Below are positions 49,590-60,000 of a DNA stretch of 60,000 nt, in pieces. The notes beneath the pieces were generated by a model. That model ran no database searches. It was not told the origin of the DNA and was given only the letters and a program-made list of their open reading frames with translations. Numbering within the stretch: the first letter of the stretch is position 1; each line of letters begins with the position of its first letter. Source of the DNA: Lytechinus pictus (lineage: Eukaryota). The stretch covers positions 11,968,001-12,028,000 of the forward strand of contig NC_087252.1 of the NCBI RefSeq assembly GCF_037042905.1, written 5' to 3'. The position numbers and the translations under genes are program-made.

Positions 49590-52190
49590 CTCTTCATATA
49601 AAATCTAAAAACTCAAAATCTTTATGCAATATCTTAATGATTTCTTTAAAAAAAAAAAAAAAAAAAAAAAATTACTATCCTTTCTTTTTTCTTTTCTTTT
49701 GAACAGAAATAAAAATAAAATTATTACTCCCATTCATGCGAAAAAAAAGATTGAAAGGAAAAGAAAAGGGGGAAAAGGCATCCTTTGCAAGATTTAGCCT
49801 ACATTTTATCTGCTTTCGAACCTCTTAAAGATGGCTGAAGACCTGCTAGGGACGAAACCTCTTTCAAAGTACAATTCGTTCCCTTGCCGTATCCACCCCT
49901 TATTGATAAACTACATTTGGGCCTCGTCCTACAAAGAACCGCGACAGACCTGACTAACCACAATATGGAAGGCCAGCAACGCCAAACTCTTTAGATGCAC
50001 GCTTGTTCCAAAATTTCCCTATAGTTATATGTATATTCACGCATTCATCATTGTCTTGACAAACAAGCATGCCCCTCCCTATTTATAAAAAGACACTGTA
50101 AAAATTTTCCCTGCAAGATGGGGCCCAGCTGGGTGACCACATACAGGAAGGTGGTGACGAGGTCTCAAAGATATACGTTCGCCTTCCAGCCTCCCGGGCC
50201 AATCAGAGCCGAGAGGACGTGACACGCCATGACTTTAAAAGATATTCATACTAGTATTCAGTTCATAATTGCAAACCACGCCCTGTCAGCTCCGATGGTT
50301 CCGAGAAACCAGAGACAACTCGGGTTACTAAACAAAAACAAACTCTCGGCACCAACCTTCGCGGAACAGTCACGTCATAAACAACCTCACCTAAACCAGG
50401 ACTCTACCACATTGTACTTGTTCGACAAAATTGATATATATCTACTATTATTTCACTAACTAGCAACTTTCCTTCTTGCATCCTAACAAATGGCATTATA
50501 AATATGCCAGCCTTTCTGAAAGTTTTTTATTCAATAGCACCTAGAATACAAAAACTAGGTATTGTGTGAGAGAAAAAAAAAAAAAAAAAACCCATTCTTC
50601 CGAAATTTGTAAACTCAAGCACAATATCTTTGTGGATTTGTTCCTCTTCAAAAAATAGTTCCTTAAGTCTCAAAATATTTATGCAATCTACTTATATATT
50701 CAAACTTACTGTATTATCAATTCATTTATATATATATAAAAACAAGGAAATTTCCTGATCCCTCTTTCACGTGAAAAGAGGGAAGGAGCATCAGTTAATA
50801 CACGATATAAATATCATTTCTGTCTGTTGGCGAACCTCGCCCTGCTCATGTGGATGGCCGTAGACCAGCTAGTGACGAGCCCTATTAAATATACATATTA
50901 TTTATTTAAAAAAAAAGATCGTTCCATATATAGCCGTCAGCCCATTCACCAACCCCGTGCTGACTAGCCTATAATCCAGGAGGAGGCCGCAGCAACCGTC
51001 CCCGCCGCTACGCCGAACGCAAGCGACGCGACCGACCCAGCTAAGGCCACGCACTGTGCCTGCGTAGCCAGCCACAATGCGTAGCCCCGCCAGATCAGAC
51101 GCATCGCCCGCGACCATCACAGCAACAAAGACACAAACGCAGCCCCCGCCCAGATCACAGACGACCAGCTAAATCCATCCGCTGACCAACAAGAAGCTGG
51201 TGACAGGTCTCAAAAAGATATACTCTCGCCTTCCGGCCTCCCGGACCAATCAGTGCCAGGCAGACGCACCGCGTCATTGATGAAATAACCGGGTACATTA
51301 TCCAAATCATTCAGTTGACTAAAGTGCGAATGATGCCCAGTCAGCCCCGATTGTCCCGAGAAACCAGAGACGAGGTCTATAAACATGAACTCTCGCCACC
51401 AGCCTCCGCGGACCAATCATAACTGAGAAAAAAAAGTGCACGTCATAATTACCTCGCCTAAACCAGGGTACTACAACATTTCAAGTATTCGACAGAATTG
51501 AATAATAGCCGTTTTCCTTTTGAATTGAATAATAGCTGTTTATCTTAACAATTGGCATTTTTTTATTCTATGCCATTCTTCCATAATGTCTAAAATCAAG
51601 CATACCTTTATAATTATGGCTTTATTCCTCGTCATGTACCTGTAAATCCTAAGATCTCAAAATCTTTATGCAATCTATCGGTACTTACATTAAAGATACT
51701 TTACTGTCAATTTAAAAAGGAGTAAATTTCCTTATATCCCTTTTGGGAAGAACATCAATTACAAAAGTTAATTATAATTTTTGCCGTTTGTGAACCTCAT
51801 CATGCTCATGAAGATAACTAGAGACCAGCTAGTGACGAGCCTTGTTTAAAAAGTACAGCTCGTTCCCTAGCCGTCGGACCAAACATCCACCCCAACCAGC
51901 TATATCTGACTCTCGCCTTCCAGCCTTCCCGGGCCAATCAGAGACGAGAAAGCGTACCGCGTCATTGATGATAAAAGAAATTGATAATTACCCATTCATT
52001 ATCCAAATCATTCAGTTGACCACTCAAATACCACGCCCAGTCAGCTCCGATTGTCCCGAGAAACTCTCGCCACCAGCCTCCGCGGACCAATGTAAGTTGA
52101 TGAAAAACAGTCACGTCATAGCTAGTGGATAGCACATTACCTCGCCTGAACCAGGGTTCTACATTTTACGAATTCGACTTAATTGTTTCA
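49590..52190. repeat. Three diverged ~0.55-1 kb modules in the L1/Tx1 inter-ORF spacer
   Basis: Each has ctcaaaat.tttatgcaat, then gaacctc...agacc.gctag.gacga, then a ~280-bp block cgccttcc.gcct..cgg.ccaatcag...cacgtcata...cctc.cct.aaccagg. Confidence 0.85.
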
Positions 52191-53525
52191 TTCTCCTATT
52201 TTTGAATTACTCAACACCTCACACGTTCCAGTGTCTACATCAAATGTATTTGGCAAAGCTATTTTCTTTTCTTATCTTAACGAACTGTATAGCATGATTC
52301 AGTTACGTAATACAATCAAGGTAATCATTCTTAACATTACAGTGATTTATGCCTGCATTGTTATCTATCTTTACTAATTCGTTGAAATGCATTCTTTCTC
52401 TTAAAACATTCCATATACAAATAAGCTTTTAAGCATCATTACCTTCAATCAATCATGAAAAGAAATGGTCCTTTTACCCTTACAAAAGCTTTGAATTCCC
52501 AAACATCTCGATCTTCCTTCGTATTGTAGAAACCAAAAAGAATATAATGAAATATTCCCCAATATCATGAAGCTATTATAATTTCAACTACAATTTGAAC
52601 AGCAGTTTTATGAAGAATTAACTTTTCCCCAAACCAGCTTAAATATACACCCCATTGGGATGTATTCCATAGAGCTTTTTTTTACAAAATGACCACACAC
52701 AAAAAAAAAATATCTTCAGAACTGATCATAACTGACTCCAGAAAAAAGATTCACAGCAACAGGTATCTCTAAGGCACATACAATATAAACTTAAATCATG
52801 GAGCTATAGCTCTATGCTTAAATCTAGCTTATTTTTGTTTCCCTTATAAATAAAAAAAAGGAGGAAAGCATAAGCCTCATGTTGTTACTATGAAATCTTG
52901 TTTCCATTCATCACTGTCTAATCTAGTCAAGGTGTGTTATGACTCGGTACTCTAATCAATTTCTTGCAATATCATAATCAATTTTACGTATTTTTTGCAT
53001 CTTTGAAGATATTGATCTTTTCCAGTTGTAAAGTTTTTCTTTTATCAAAATAAATAGCAAATAGAAAAGAAAGGAAATATACCTCATCTACTCTTGTTCA
53101 TTCAGTTATGTTATGATTTATCATTCCTCATTCAGCAGTTGCTTGCCAAGTCTCGTTCTTGTGATGAGTTGACAGTAAAATCTTCAATTCTCGAGTTACA
53201 CTCCCTTTTTTGAGCTTGATTGTAGAGTTGGTACCTCGCAGGCTCGTACATAGTAAAATATACATATCCTCCACTCGGTAAACATTAATCAGTTGAGAGA
53301 GAAAATAATTCACCTCCATAATAATAAAGCACACTGAATCGTTATTTCACTTGAATAATCGACAAAATGAACAACCCGACCCGACCAGAGGGAACGAGTT
53401 TCACAAAATAAATACATGTCACCTCCATGATCGCTGGTAACTTGTGACAAATTTCAGATACTTTCTCCAAAGCAAATTTCCTTCAATCTATGCATTAGAA
53501 AAAAAAACCAAGATGACAGATGAAA

Positions 53526-54518
53526 TCACAATACCATCAAATTATGATCTGCAGCTACATTTGCACCTTCCATCATCTCCCCATCAGTAGCAGCCGCTGC
53601 AGCACCCTCGTTGAAATCTGTTGTCGGCTTTGCTATCCCTGTGGTCATGTTGGTGGTCGATGCAGCTCCCGCCATCGTTGTCGGAATCCTCATGTTAGGC
53701 AAATTCTTCCTCACTCTTTCGTCTACGTCTTTCCCTCGTTGGCTTTCGAAGTCTCGCACAAAAGCTTCCTGTTGATTTCGAGGCATATGTACGTTGTCGA
53801 TAAATAGCTTGACTGGATCTGTTCTTGAAAAGTATGCCAATTTCCCCATTCTTCTGGCGACTTTCAAAGCCACAATTTGGGGGTGTCTAGCCTCCCTAAT
53901 CCTCTTCGGTAGACCTTCTGCAATATATATGTTGGTCCCTTTCAAATTTTTGGCATGCCTTTGTACCAAAACTCTGTCGGAGTATCTTAGGAAGCGAGCC
54001 TTAATGGCTCTTGGCCTCCCTCCGGCTGGCTTTCCTGAAAGTCAATGTAACCGTTGATATTCGAAGTTGTCTGCCAGCGCAGGTGGGATTTTAAGAAAAT
54101 TCACGTGGAGGTCCCGAAGAACTTTCTTAACATCCTCATTGGGCTTCTCTTCAATCCCGCTGTATATTAGATTTTCTCTTGCCACGTAGGTACTAAGCTT
54201 ATCTATCTCATCCTGGAGCATTTTTTCCTTTGACTTAACGTCCTCTTCAATTACTTCCATCTTTGCCTTCATATCCTGAGCTTCGTGACTCTGAAATTCA
54301 ATACTCTCCTTGAGATTGATTATCGTTTCCTCAAGTTTCTTCAAACGTTGGCCAAAAGTCTCTTGCAACGTATTCAATCTCACATCATTTTTTTCCCATT
54401 GACTGTCAAGGAGTATCCGAATCGATGGCAACAGGTTTGTCTCCGGGCTTGGCGGCGTGCCCGACCTTGCACGTTTCGCTGAGCTTGTCTTCCCTCCCTT
54501 ACTCGTATAGTGAGCCAT
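53526..54518 (-). pseudogene. L1/Tx1 ORF1p (coiled coil plus RRM-like region), frameshift near 54045
   Basis: Heptad-rich LKKLEETIINLKESIEF; RENLIYSGIEEK..EDV, YQRLH(R), PRAIKARFLRYSD, IYIAEGLPKRIREAR are L1-type ORF1 motifs. Confidence 0.8.
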
Positions 54519-55476
54519 GCTTATGTGTATTATGTAATGAGGATGAGAGAGGCCTAACAAAACACGTCTTAATCCTTCGAGCACATCATAGAGATCCAAT
54601 GAATAGCGATTTCGTAGCGTCCCACCGGAGACAGCGCCCTCTGACGTCTACGTTGCGTGTGCATGTGAGTGCTTTGAATGTCCTTCTGACGTCATACTAT
54701 CAGCAGTTTTAAACCCCAACGAAAACTCACCGCACGTGAGTTTTCCAAGCAAAACCATGTACTGGAACTGATGTGTAGGTCTAGCTGTGTCATCTTCGAC
54801 AACAGACATTACCAAACACTGGCTTCAAAAAAAGATTGACAAAAAAAACATCTCAGCTTTTGTTAAGCTTGCTGGCAGGAACTGAAACTGAACATTTCCG
54901 AATCAACACAAGAAACGTAATGGCGGGTTCCCAACCAAACGCACGTAGCCTTGCCTGACCTAATGCGACGGGTGTGGCTCTTGACCTTTACCCCAAACTC
55001 ATTTGCGTAATTTACGTTACCACGGGCAAGCGGTCATACAGAATAGATTTCTACACCAGTGATAACCTATGGAGCATATTTACAACAGATCGCTCGCTGC
55101 AAAGAACTCGGTTTCACAGCTTTACTAAAATAATCACTTGAAAATAATTTTAAGCTCCCTTAGCTAAATGAGGAAAATAGATTACAAAATGTTAATTTTG
55201 AATATCCACTTGTGACAAGGCTAAAATTAATACAAAAATCAGTTCAAATAGGCTATACCAAATTCACAGCAAGATCGTAAACTTTTACAATCATATGAAG
55301 TAGGTCATGGGCTCTCGCCAGTATCTCGATCTCGAAAATTCTATTACGATTGACAGATGGCTAGCGGTGTTGGCCTGCCACTCTGACAAAAAAAAATATA
55401 TATTTGTGTCAGAGGCTAGGGCGTGAACACTACAGTGTAGTTGATTTTTTTTTTATTCCCTAAAACCTTGTTCTAG

Positions 55477-56000
55477 ATCACCAAGCCTCTACGAAGAACT
55501 AGCTGCCAACCAGACTGGTGCCTGTGGTACACTGAGAGCAAACCAGAGAGGGGTCCCTGATGCTATCAAGGCCCACAAGCCGAAAAGGGGTGATAAGCCA
55601 CTCGTCCTGAAGGAGGGGGAGCTAACCTTCATCTCATGGGCTGACAAGCGTCCGGTAAACTCATCACCTCAGTCCACAATGGGTCAACTTTCGTGAAAGA
55701 GGTCCGTGCGACAGACTTCAAGCCATCCTAGTTCGCCCAAGGATGGTGGATGTCCAACCCCTGTAACGCCTTACCCGGAAGCCCTTCCCCTCCACAAACC
55801 CAAAGAGGAAGTCCAACAACAAGCCAGTGTTCCATGATTGCGAAGTCTGTTCTGACAGGGATGCTAAAAGGCATCAGACATCGACTGTCTGCAGAGACTG
55901 CGGGAATGTTGCGCTGTGTGATAATGCTTTCGCATCTACCACAAGGAGCAGAGGTACAAGCGGGCCTGCACTGAGGCATTCCACTTGGAGATTGCTGATG
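55477..56000 (+). pseudogene. piggyBac transposase remnant (part of the catalytic region plus C-terminal Cys-rich domain), internally deleted
   Basis: SPSLYEEL..GACGTLRANQRGVP..SWADKRPV/LITSVH, then CEVC..RHQTSTVCRDCGNVALC../CFRIYH. Confidence 0.85.
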
Positions 56001-56036
56001 CTGCTGATGCTGCCCTTGTCGAACAGTAGTTTAGTA

Positions 56037-56234
56037 GGTGACACGACACTTGCTCCGAATAAAATTGTCCTAGTCTTAATTTTGTCTAAGATGTAAGATA
56101 AGGTTACAATAGGGTTTTATGTTAGGTTTAGGTTTAGGGTTAGGTTTAGAGTAGGGTATAGTGTTAAATTGAGTGATAAAGTTGTGAGGAACTTGCTGTA
56201 GAGCATTAGTCGCCCGAGCAGATGACATGGAACC
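56037..56234. mobile_element. Small TIR element with internal (TTAGGK)n telomere-like repeats
   Basis: ggtgacacgacacttgctc...gagcagatgacatggaacc; gttaggtttaggtttagggttaggtttag; degenerate 8-bp flanks. Confidence 0.6.
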
Positions 56235-56369
56235 ATTTCGTATTTCAAGGTGATTTTAGATTTCGTAATGATGAATGGTGATATTGAATGTAATGCATAC
56301 TTCATTCAATATTTTGTATCCAGTGATAAATGTAGTCCTTTATATGAAGATACATGAGAGTGCAAAGTC

Positions 56370-56710
56370 GTTGTTTGATAAATTCAGTGTGATATTGGAT
56401 GCAATCGAATTATTTTATCAGGAATCGCCTGGCATGTACATATGTTCTGTTTTTGTATACAATTATTTCATAATAAAAATGAATTGTCATAATTTCATCA
56501 GTGTAATTGAATATTTTTTTTTCAGGATTTGTTTAGCATGTTCATATTTTCAAGTATTTCATATGAATTGCAATAGTTTGATAAATGCAATTAAATTATT
56601 TTGTCAGGATTTGTTTGGCATACTTGTACATATTATTTTTAACACTCAGCTATTTTATAAGAATGAATTGTCATAGTTTGATAAGTGCAATTAAACTATT
56701 TCGTCAGAGA
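56370..56710. repeat. Degenerate short tandem repeat
   Basis: tgcaatt.aattatttt.tcagga and aatgaattgtcata recur several times. Confidence 0.6.
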
Positions 56711-57189
56711 GAAATATGTAGAGGTTAGGATATATAAAATATGAAAGATATAAGAAAGTGGATGAACGGGGAAGAAGATCAGAGGTCGGTTATGGACATT
56801 CATTTCAAGTTAGAAACCTGAGAAAGAGAAAAGTAGGAAAGTCCGGGTGAACTTTTGAACTTTCCCCCTCCTCGCCCTCCCATCTCTCATCATGTTTTGA
56901 TACCTGGCTTTTTGTCTACTATTTTGAAAAAATGAAAAGAAAAAAAAGCACACTATTCACCATCTGCTCCTTTCAAAGGGAACCGTCTATGTAGTTATCA
57001 GTCGAAGCACCCCTAGGTACTCCCTAACAAAATAATATCATGGTGGCTGCTCAAACAAATTCCTTCCAAAAGACCAGGAAGTTGAGATTTGGTCAACGCC
57101 CTGTATTAATAGAAGGAAGATTAGCGTTTATCGTCAGGTCGACCACCTCAATGCTCTCCGTATTTTGCAACTCCAAAGCTATATAGCTG

Positions 57190-57276
<87 letters not shown>

Positions 57277-57298
57277 ACGTGTGTGTGTGTGCGTGTGT
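57190..57298. repeat. Compound (TA)n/(TG)n microsatellite
   Basis: Directly visible. Confidence 0.95.
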
Positions 57299-59279
57299 AT
57301 AAGAAATCAATGCTGACTCTTTTATTTGCTTGGGCTTAGGAAATCAAAGAATTAGTTACTTCTAACGCATAGCAGTGCATGCTTTATACACAAATTATAC
57401 ACTTCTCCCTGGGCAATGAGCTATGTACATGGCGTAGCGTACCGAGCAGAGATATAAACCACTGACATCCTATTGCGTACCATGAATAGTAAGGTTTCCG
57501 CTTACATAGTCGGCTATCAAACTGTATTTGGGCGTATCTGAGATGTATTATTCATTTCTGAATACCATGCAATTTCCTTTGTCTGTAGTCATGGTAGCTA
57601 TAACTATCACCATGCGTTTCTGATAATAGCCAAGTTAACACACGATGTTTAGATGGTAGTTATAGTCTATAAAAAAGGTGATTGATGGTGTTGTCCATTA
57701 ATTTTTTTCGGTACATTATTCTTTCTCATATATACAATAATATACATTGGTCTAGCACTATTCAATTCAATTTCAATAAAAAAAAATATTTCAGACTGTC
57801 TACATGGATGTGAAAATACGGCATGGTCACACATACAATGTATTGAACACAAATAACTAATGTATGAAATATCAGAAAACATGCATAATTGCAAAAACAC
57901 AGTCATAACAATACTGCTGAGTTATTTGCACTTAGAAATGACTGTGTTCATATAAGACCATAATGAAGCAATTAACTGTTCAAAAGAAAAGCTATTAATC
58001 AATAAAACTAAAATATTATTTAACACAGTCCAATGGCGATTAATAATCCAAGTAGTGCATTGATAAACATATAAACAATCTTTTGTCATTTTTTTATTGC
58101 GGTATTTCGATGGGAGCGAGATACACTGTATTGGGGGAGAACAATTGATACTAAATCTAATTAAAGCAAATATTAGTATTTCGATCTCCAAAATCATGAA
58201 AACACAGTGAAATAAACATCAAAACATACATGCCAATAATAAAATGATACGGTACATATTAGAGATCTGTGCTTTAACAGATTTGTTTTTATTTTGGGTC
58301 TAATTCATACATTGTTTAAGTCTTGTCCACAGCTTGCGATAAAAATTATTTCAACGCCATTGAAATAGTTCGGGAGAGAAGTACTAAAATCATAACTCTA
58401 AATAGGAATGTTTTAGCTGCGGATCGAGGAACCTCATGAAGAGGATAAATTTCGTCCCAACATTTTGAAAAGCGCACTCAAAAATAAAAAGAAAAGAAAA
58501 GGTCAGCGCTCATAAATAAAAATCACTGGTCTGCATAAAAAAATCTGACAAGCCAAAAAATGAATAAATAATAATAATAGCAATAATAATAATACTAAAC
58601 AAATTCAATAGAATAGCAATTATTATAGTGACGATGAGAATAATAACAATAAAGATGATTTCTCTCAAAGGGTAAAGGGTGTTTGGTCTTTCGGAAGAAA
58701 ATTGACAGGAACGGCCCCCCCCAAAAAAAAAAAAAAAAAAAAAAATTATATAAATAAATAAAAAAAATAACAAATAACAAATAAATAAAAAATAAATAAA
58801 TAAAATTTGTTACCTCCCACTTGTCCCCGGATCAGCGCTTGTAATTCGATGTTTTTTTAAAGGTTATCTTTTTTTTTCTGTCGATTGAGATCTCAAACGT
58901 GTACATAATCATTGGTGTCATCCTTTAAGCACCAAGGCCAAAGGCATGCTTAATCTTTGTAAAATACTGTTACATAAAAGAAGATTTGAATGAAAATAAT
59001 TTTATTCATTTTGTTGTTAATAACTCTAGAGAGAGAAATTGCAGATGAGAAATTATAATTTCATATGAAAGAAATTACAAGTAAAGGACTATTTTAAGTA
59101 TACTAGAATATTCTAGAATGTCTCAATTAAATTATGTCATTCTGTCTAATTTCCGCTTATGCTCTCAATAAAAAGTGTTGGTTATCATGGAAAAATTGAC
59201 TTGAATTTGTCTGCGATGTCTTACTGTACTGTTGACACAATTATCATGATTATGTTTTTTTAAGATAAAAAAACCCACA

Positions 59280-60000
59280 TTACTCCTGATGCCGTTTACT
59301 TGCTGACCCTTGCCACGAATGAAACGATGGTTGCAACATCTACTACTTCAGCTGATAGTAAGTTCCAGTCCTTGACAGTGCGAGGAAGCTTTGAAGATCT
59401 TCTGGACTGGACTTTACATGTGATCAGCTAGATGTAGAACTGTTGTGAGAACGACCTTCACGAGTTAGTAGTTGGACAATTTTTTTTTTAAGTGCAAGGT
59501 TGATGATTTTTAACGAGCATGGAGTGGCGTGTTATCTTCCATCTCTGCTGAAGAGTATGCTATCCGAAGATCTTGATCATCATGCAAACACTTTGAGTAG
59601 TTTGTTACCTGTGCATGAAAAAAAAACCTTGCAGGACGTTTCTATACAGACTCTAGCTTGTCAATATGTTTCTGGGTAGAAGGGTCTCACACTGAGAAGG
59701 TATACTCGAGCACAGGTCTCACAGAAGCTCTGTAAGCTCTCCCCTTAATCTTTTTAGAGCTTGTTTTCAGATTTAGGTTTTGTTGATACCTTGGTCACCA
59801 TCACTAGTCACCACCCTGTAAACTGTCGTATCAAACAGACGAACATTTGATGACACACACTTGGGTAGATCATTGATGTATGTCAGGAACTGGCATGGGC
59901 CGAGCACAGACCCTTGCGGTACTCCCAACTTGGCCTGGGTGACGGAACGATTGTTGCTATCAATTAGCACGGCTTGGCACCTTTTGTGAAGGAAAACTGG
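59280..60000 (-). mobile_element. Degenerate LINE RT 3' part (RTE-X/CR1-group), runs off the window
   Basis: GVPQGSVLGPCQFLTYINDLP..VRLF(A)DT, VRPVLEY, PRTVKDWNLL. Confidence 0.85.

Larger units (their letters stand above)
44216..54641 (-). mobile_element. Near full-length L1/Tx1-clade LINE (~10.4 kb)
   Basis: ORF1, long spacer, ORF2, 3'UTR, AATAAA plus poly(A) at 44216-44246; 5' end approximate. Confidence 0.9.
43822..55217. mobile_element. Solo LTR (~0.95 kb; Gypsy or BEL type) split by the L1/Tx1 insertion
   Basis: TGTCAC...GTGACA termini; 5-bp TSD aggat/aggct; the empty site is visible in the upstream duplicate (ttcatgaggctaaag). Confidence 0.8.

Noticed and set aside
50180..50215. HDV-like ribozyme (ccagcctcc)
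   Set aside because: No P3 closing strand or nested pseudoknot could be assembled by eye
50740..50800. Hammerhead ribozyme on the minus strand (ctgatg...gaaa)
   Set aside because: Core reads CUGAUGC rather than CUGANGA, is not kept in the sister module, and stems I/III were not found
50902..51120. GC-rich short ORF as a third L1 ORF
   Set aside because: 72 aa, no motif, not shared by the other spacer modules
56110..56160. Telomere or interstitial telomeric fusion
   Set aside because: Few degenerate units enclosed in a small TIR element
58330..58960. piggyBac right terminus
   Set aside because: Only vague inverted similarity to ~42270-42330; no gcacccaaaggg-TTAA end found

Overview
AT-rich eukaryotic (animal) genomic DNA; the repeat content suggests an echinoderm, probably a sea urchin, but that is inference. 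One spliced host gene is on the minus strand (~40597 to 8003, 12 coding exons, all introns phase 1). It encodes a nephrin-like Ig-superfamily type I membrane protein: signal peptide, V-set Ig, four further Ig domains, FN3, a Cys-containing stalk, TM and a Tyr-rich tail that carries two in-frame stops. The rest is mostly transposable elements. Intron 2 (17.6 kb) holds an L2-type LINE split by nested TIR elements and LINEs, including an R4/Dong-like element sitting in a (TAA)n tract. Upstream of the gene is a second nest: a piggyBac remnant region containing a solo LTR, which contains a near full-length L1/Tx1 LINE, which contains a tRNA-derived SINE. The L1/Tx1 has a ~4.5 kb inter-ORF spacer built from three diverged motif-rich modules. 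No CRISPR array, rRNA or true tRNA gene was seen. All calls were made by eye with no database searches; TE superfamily labels rest on termini, TSDs and protein motifs.
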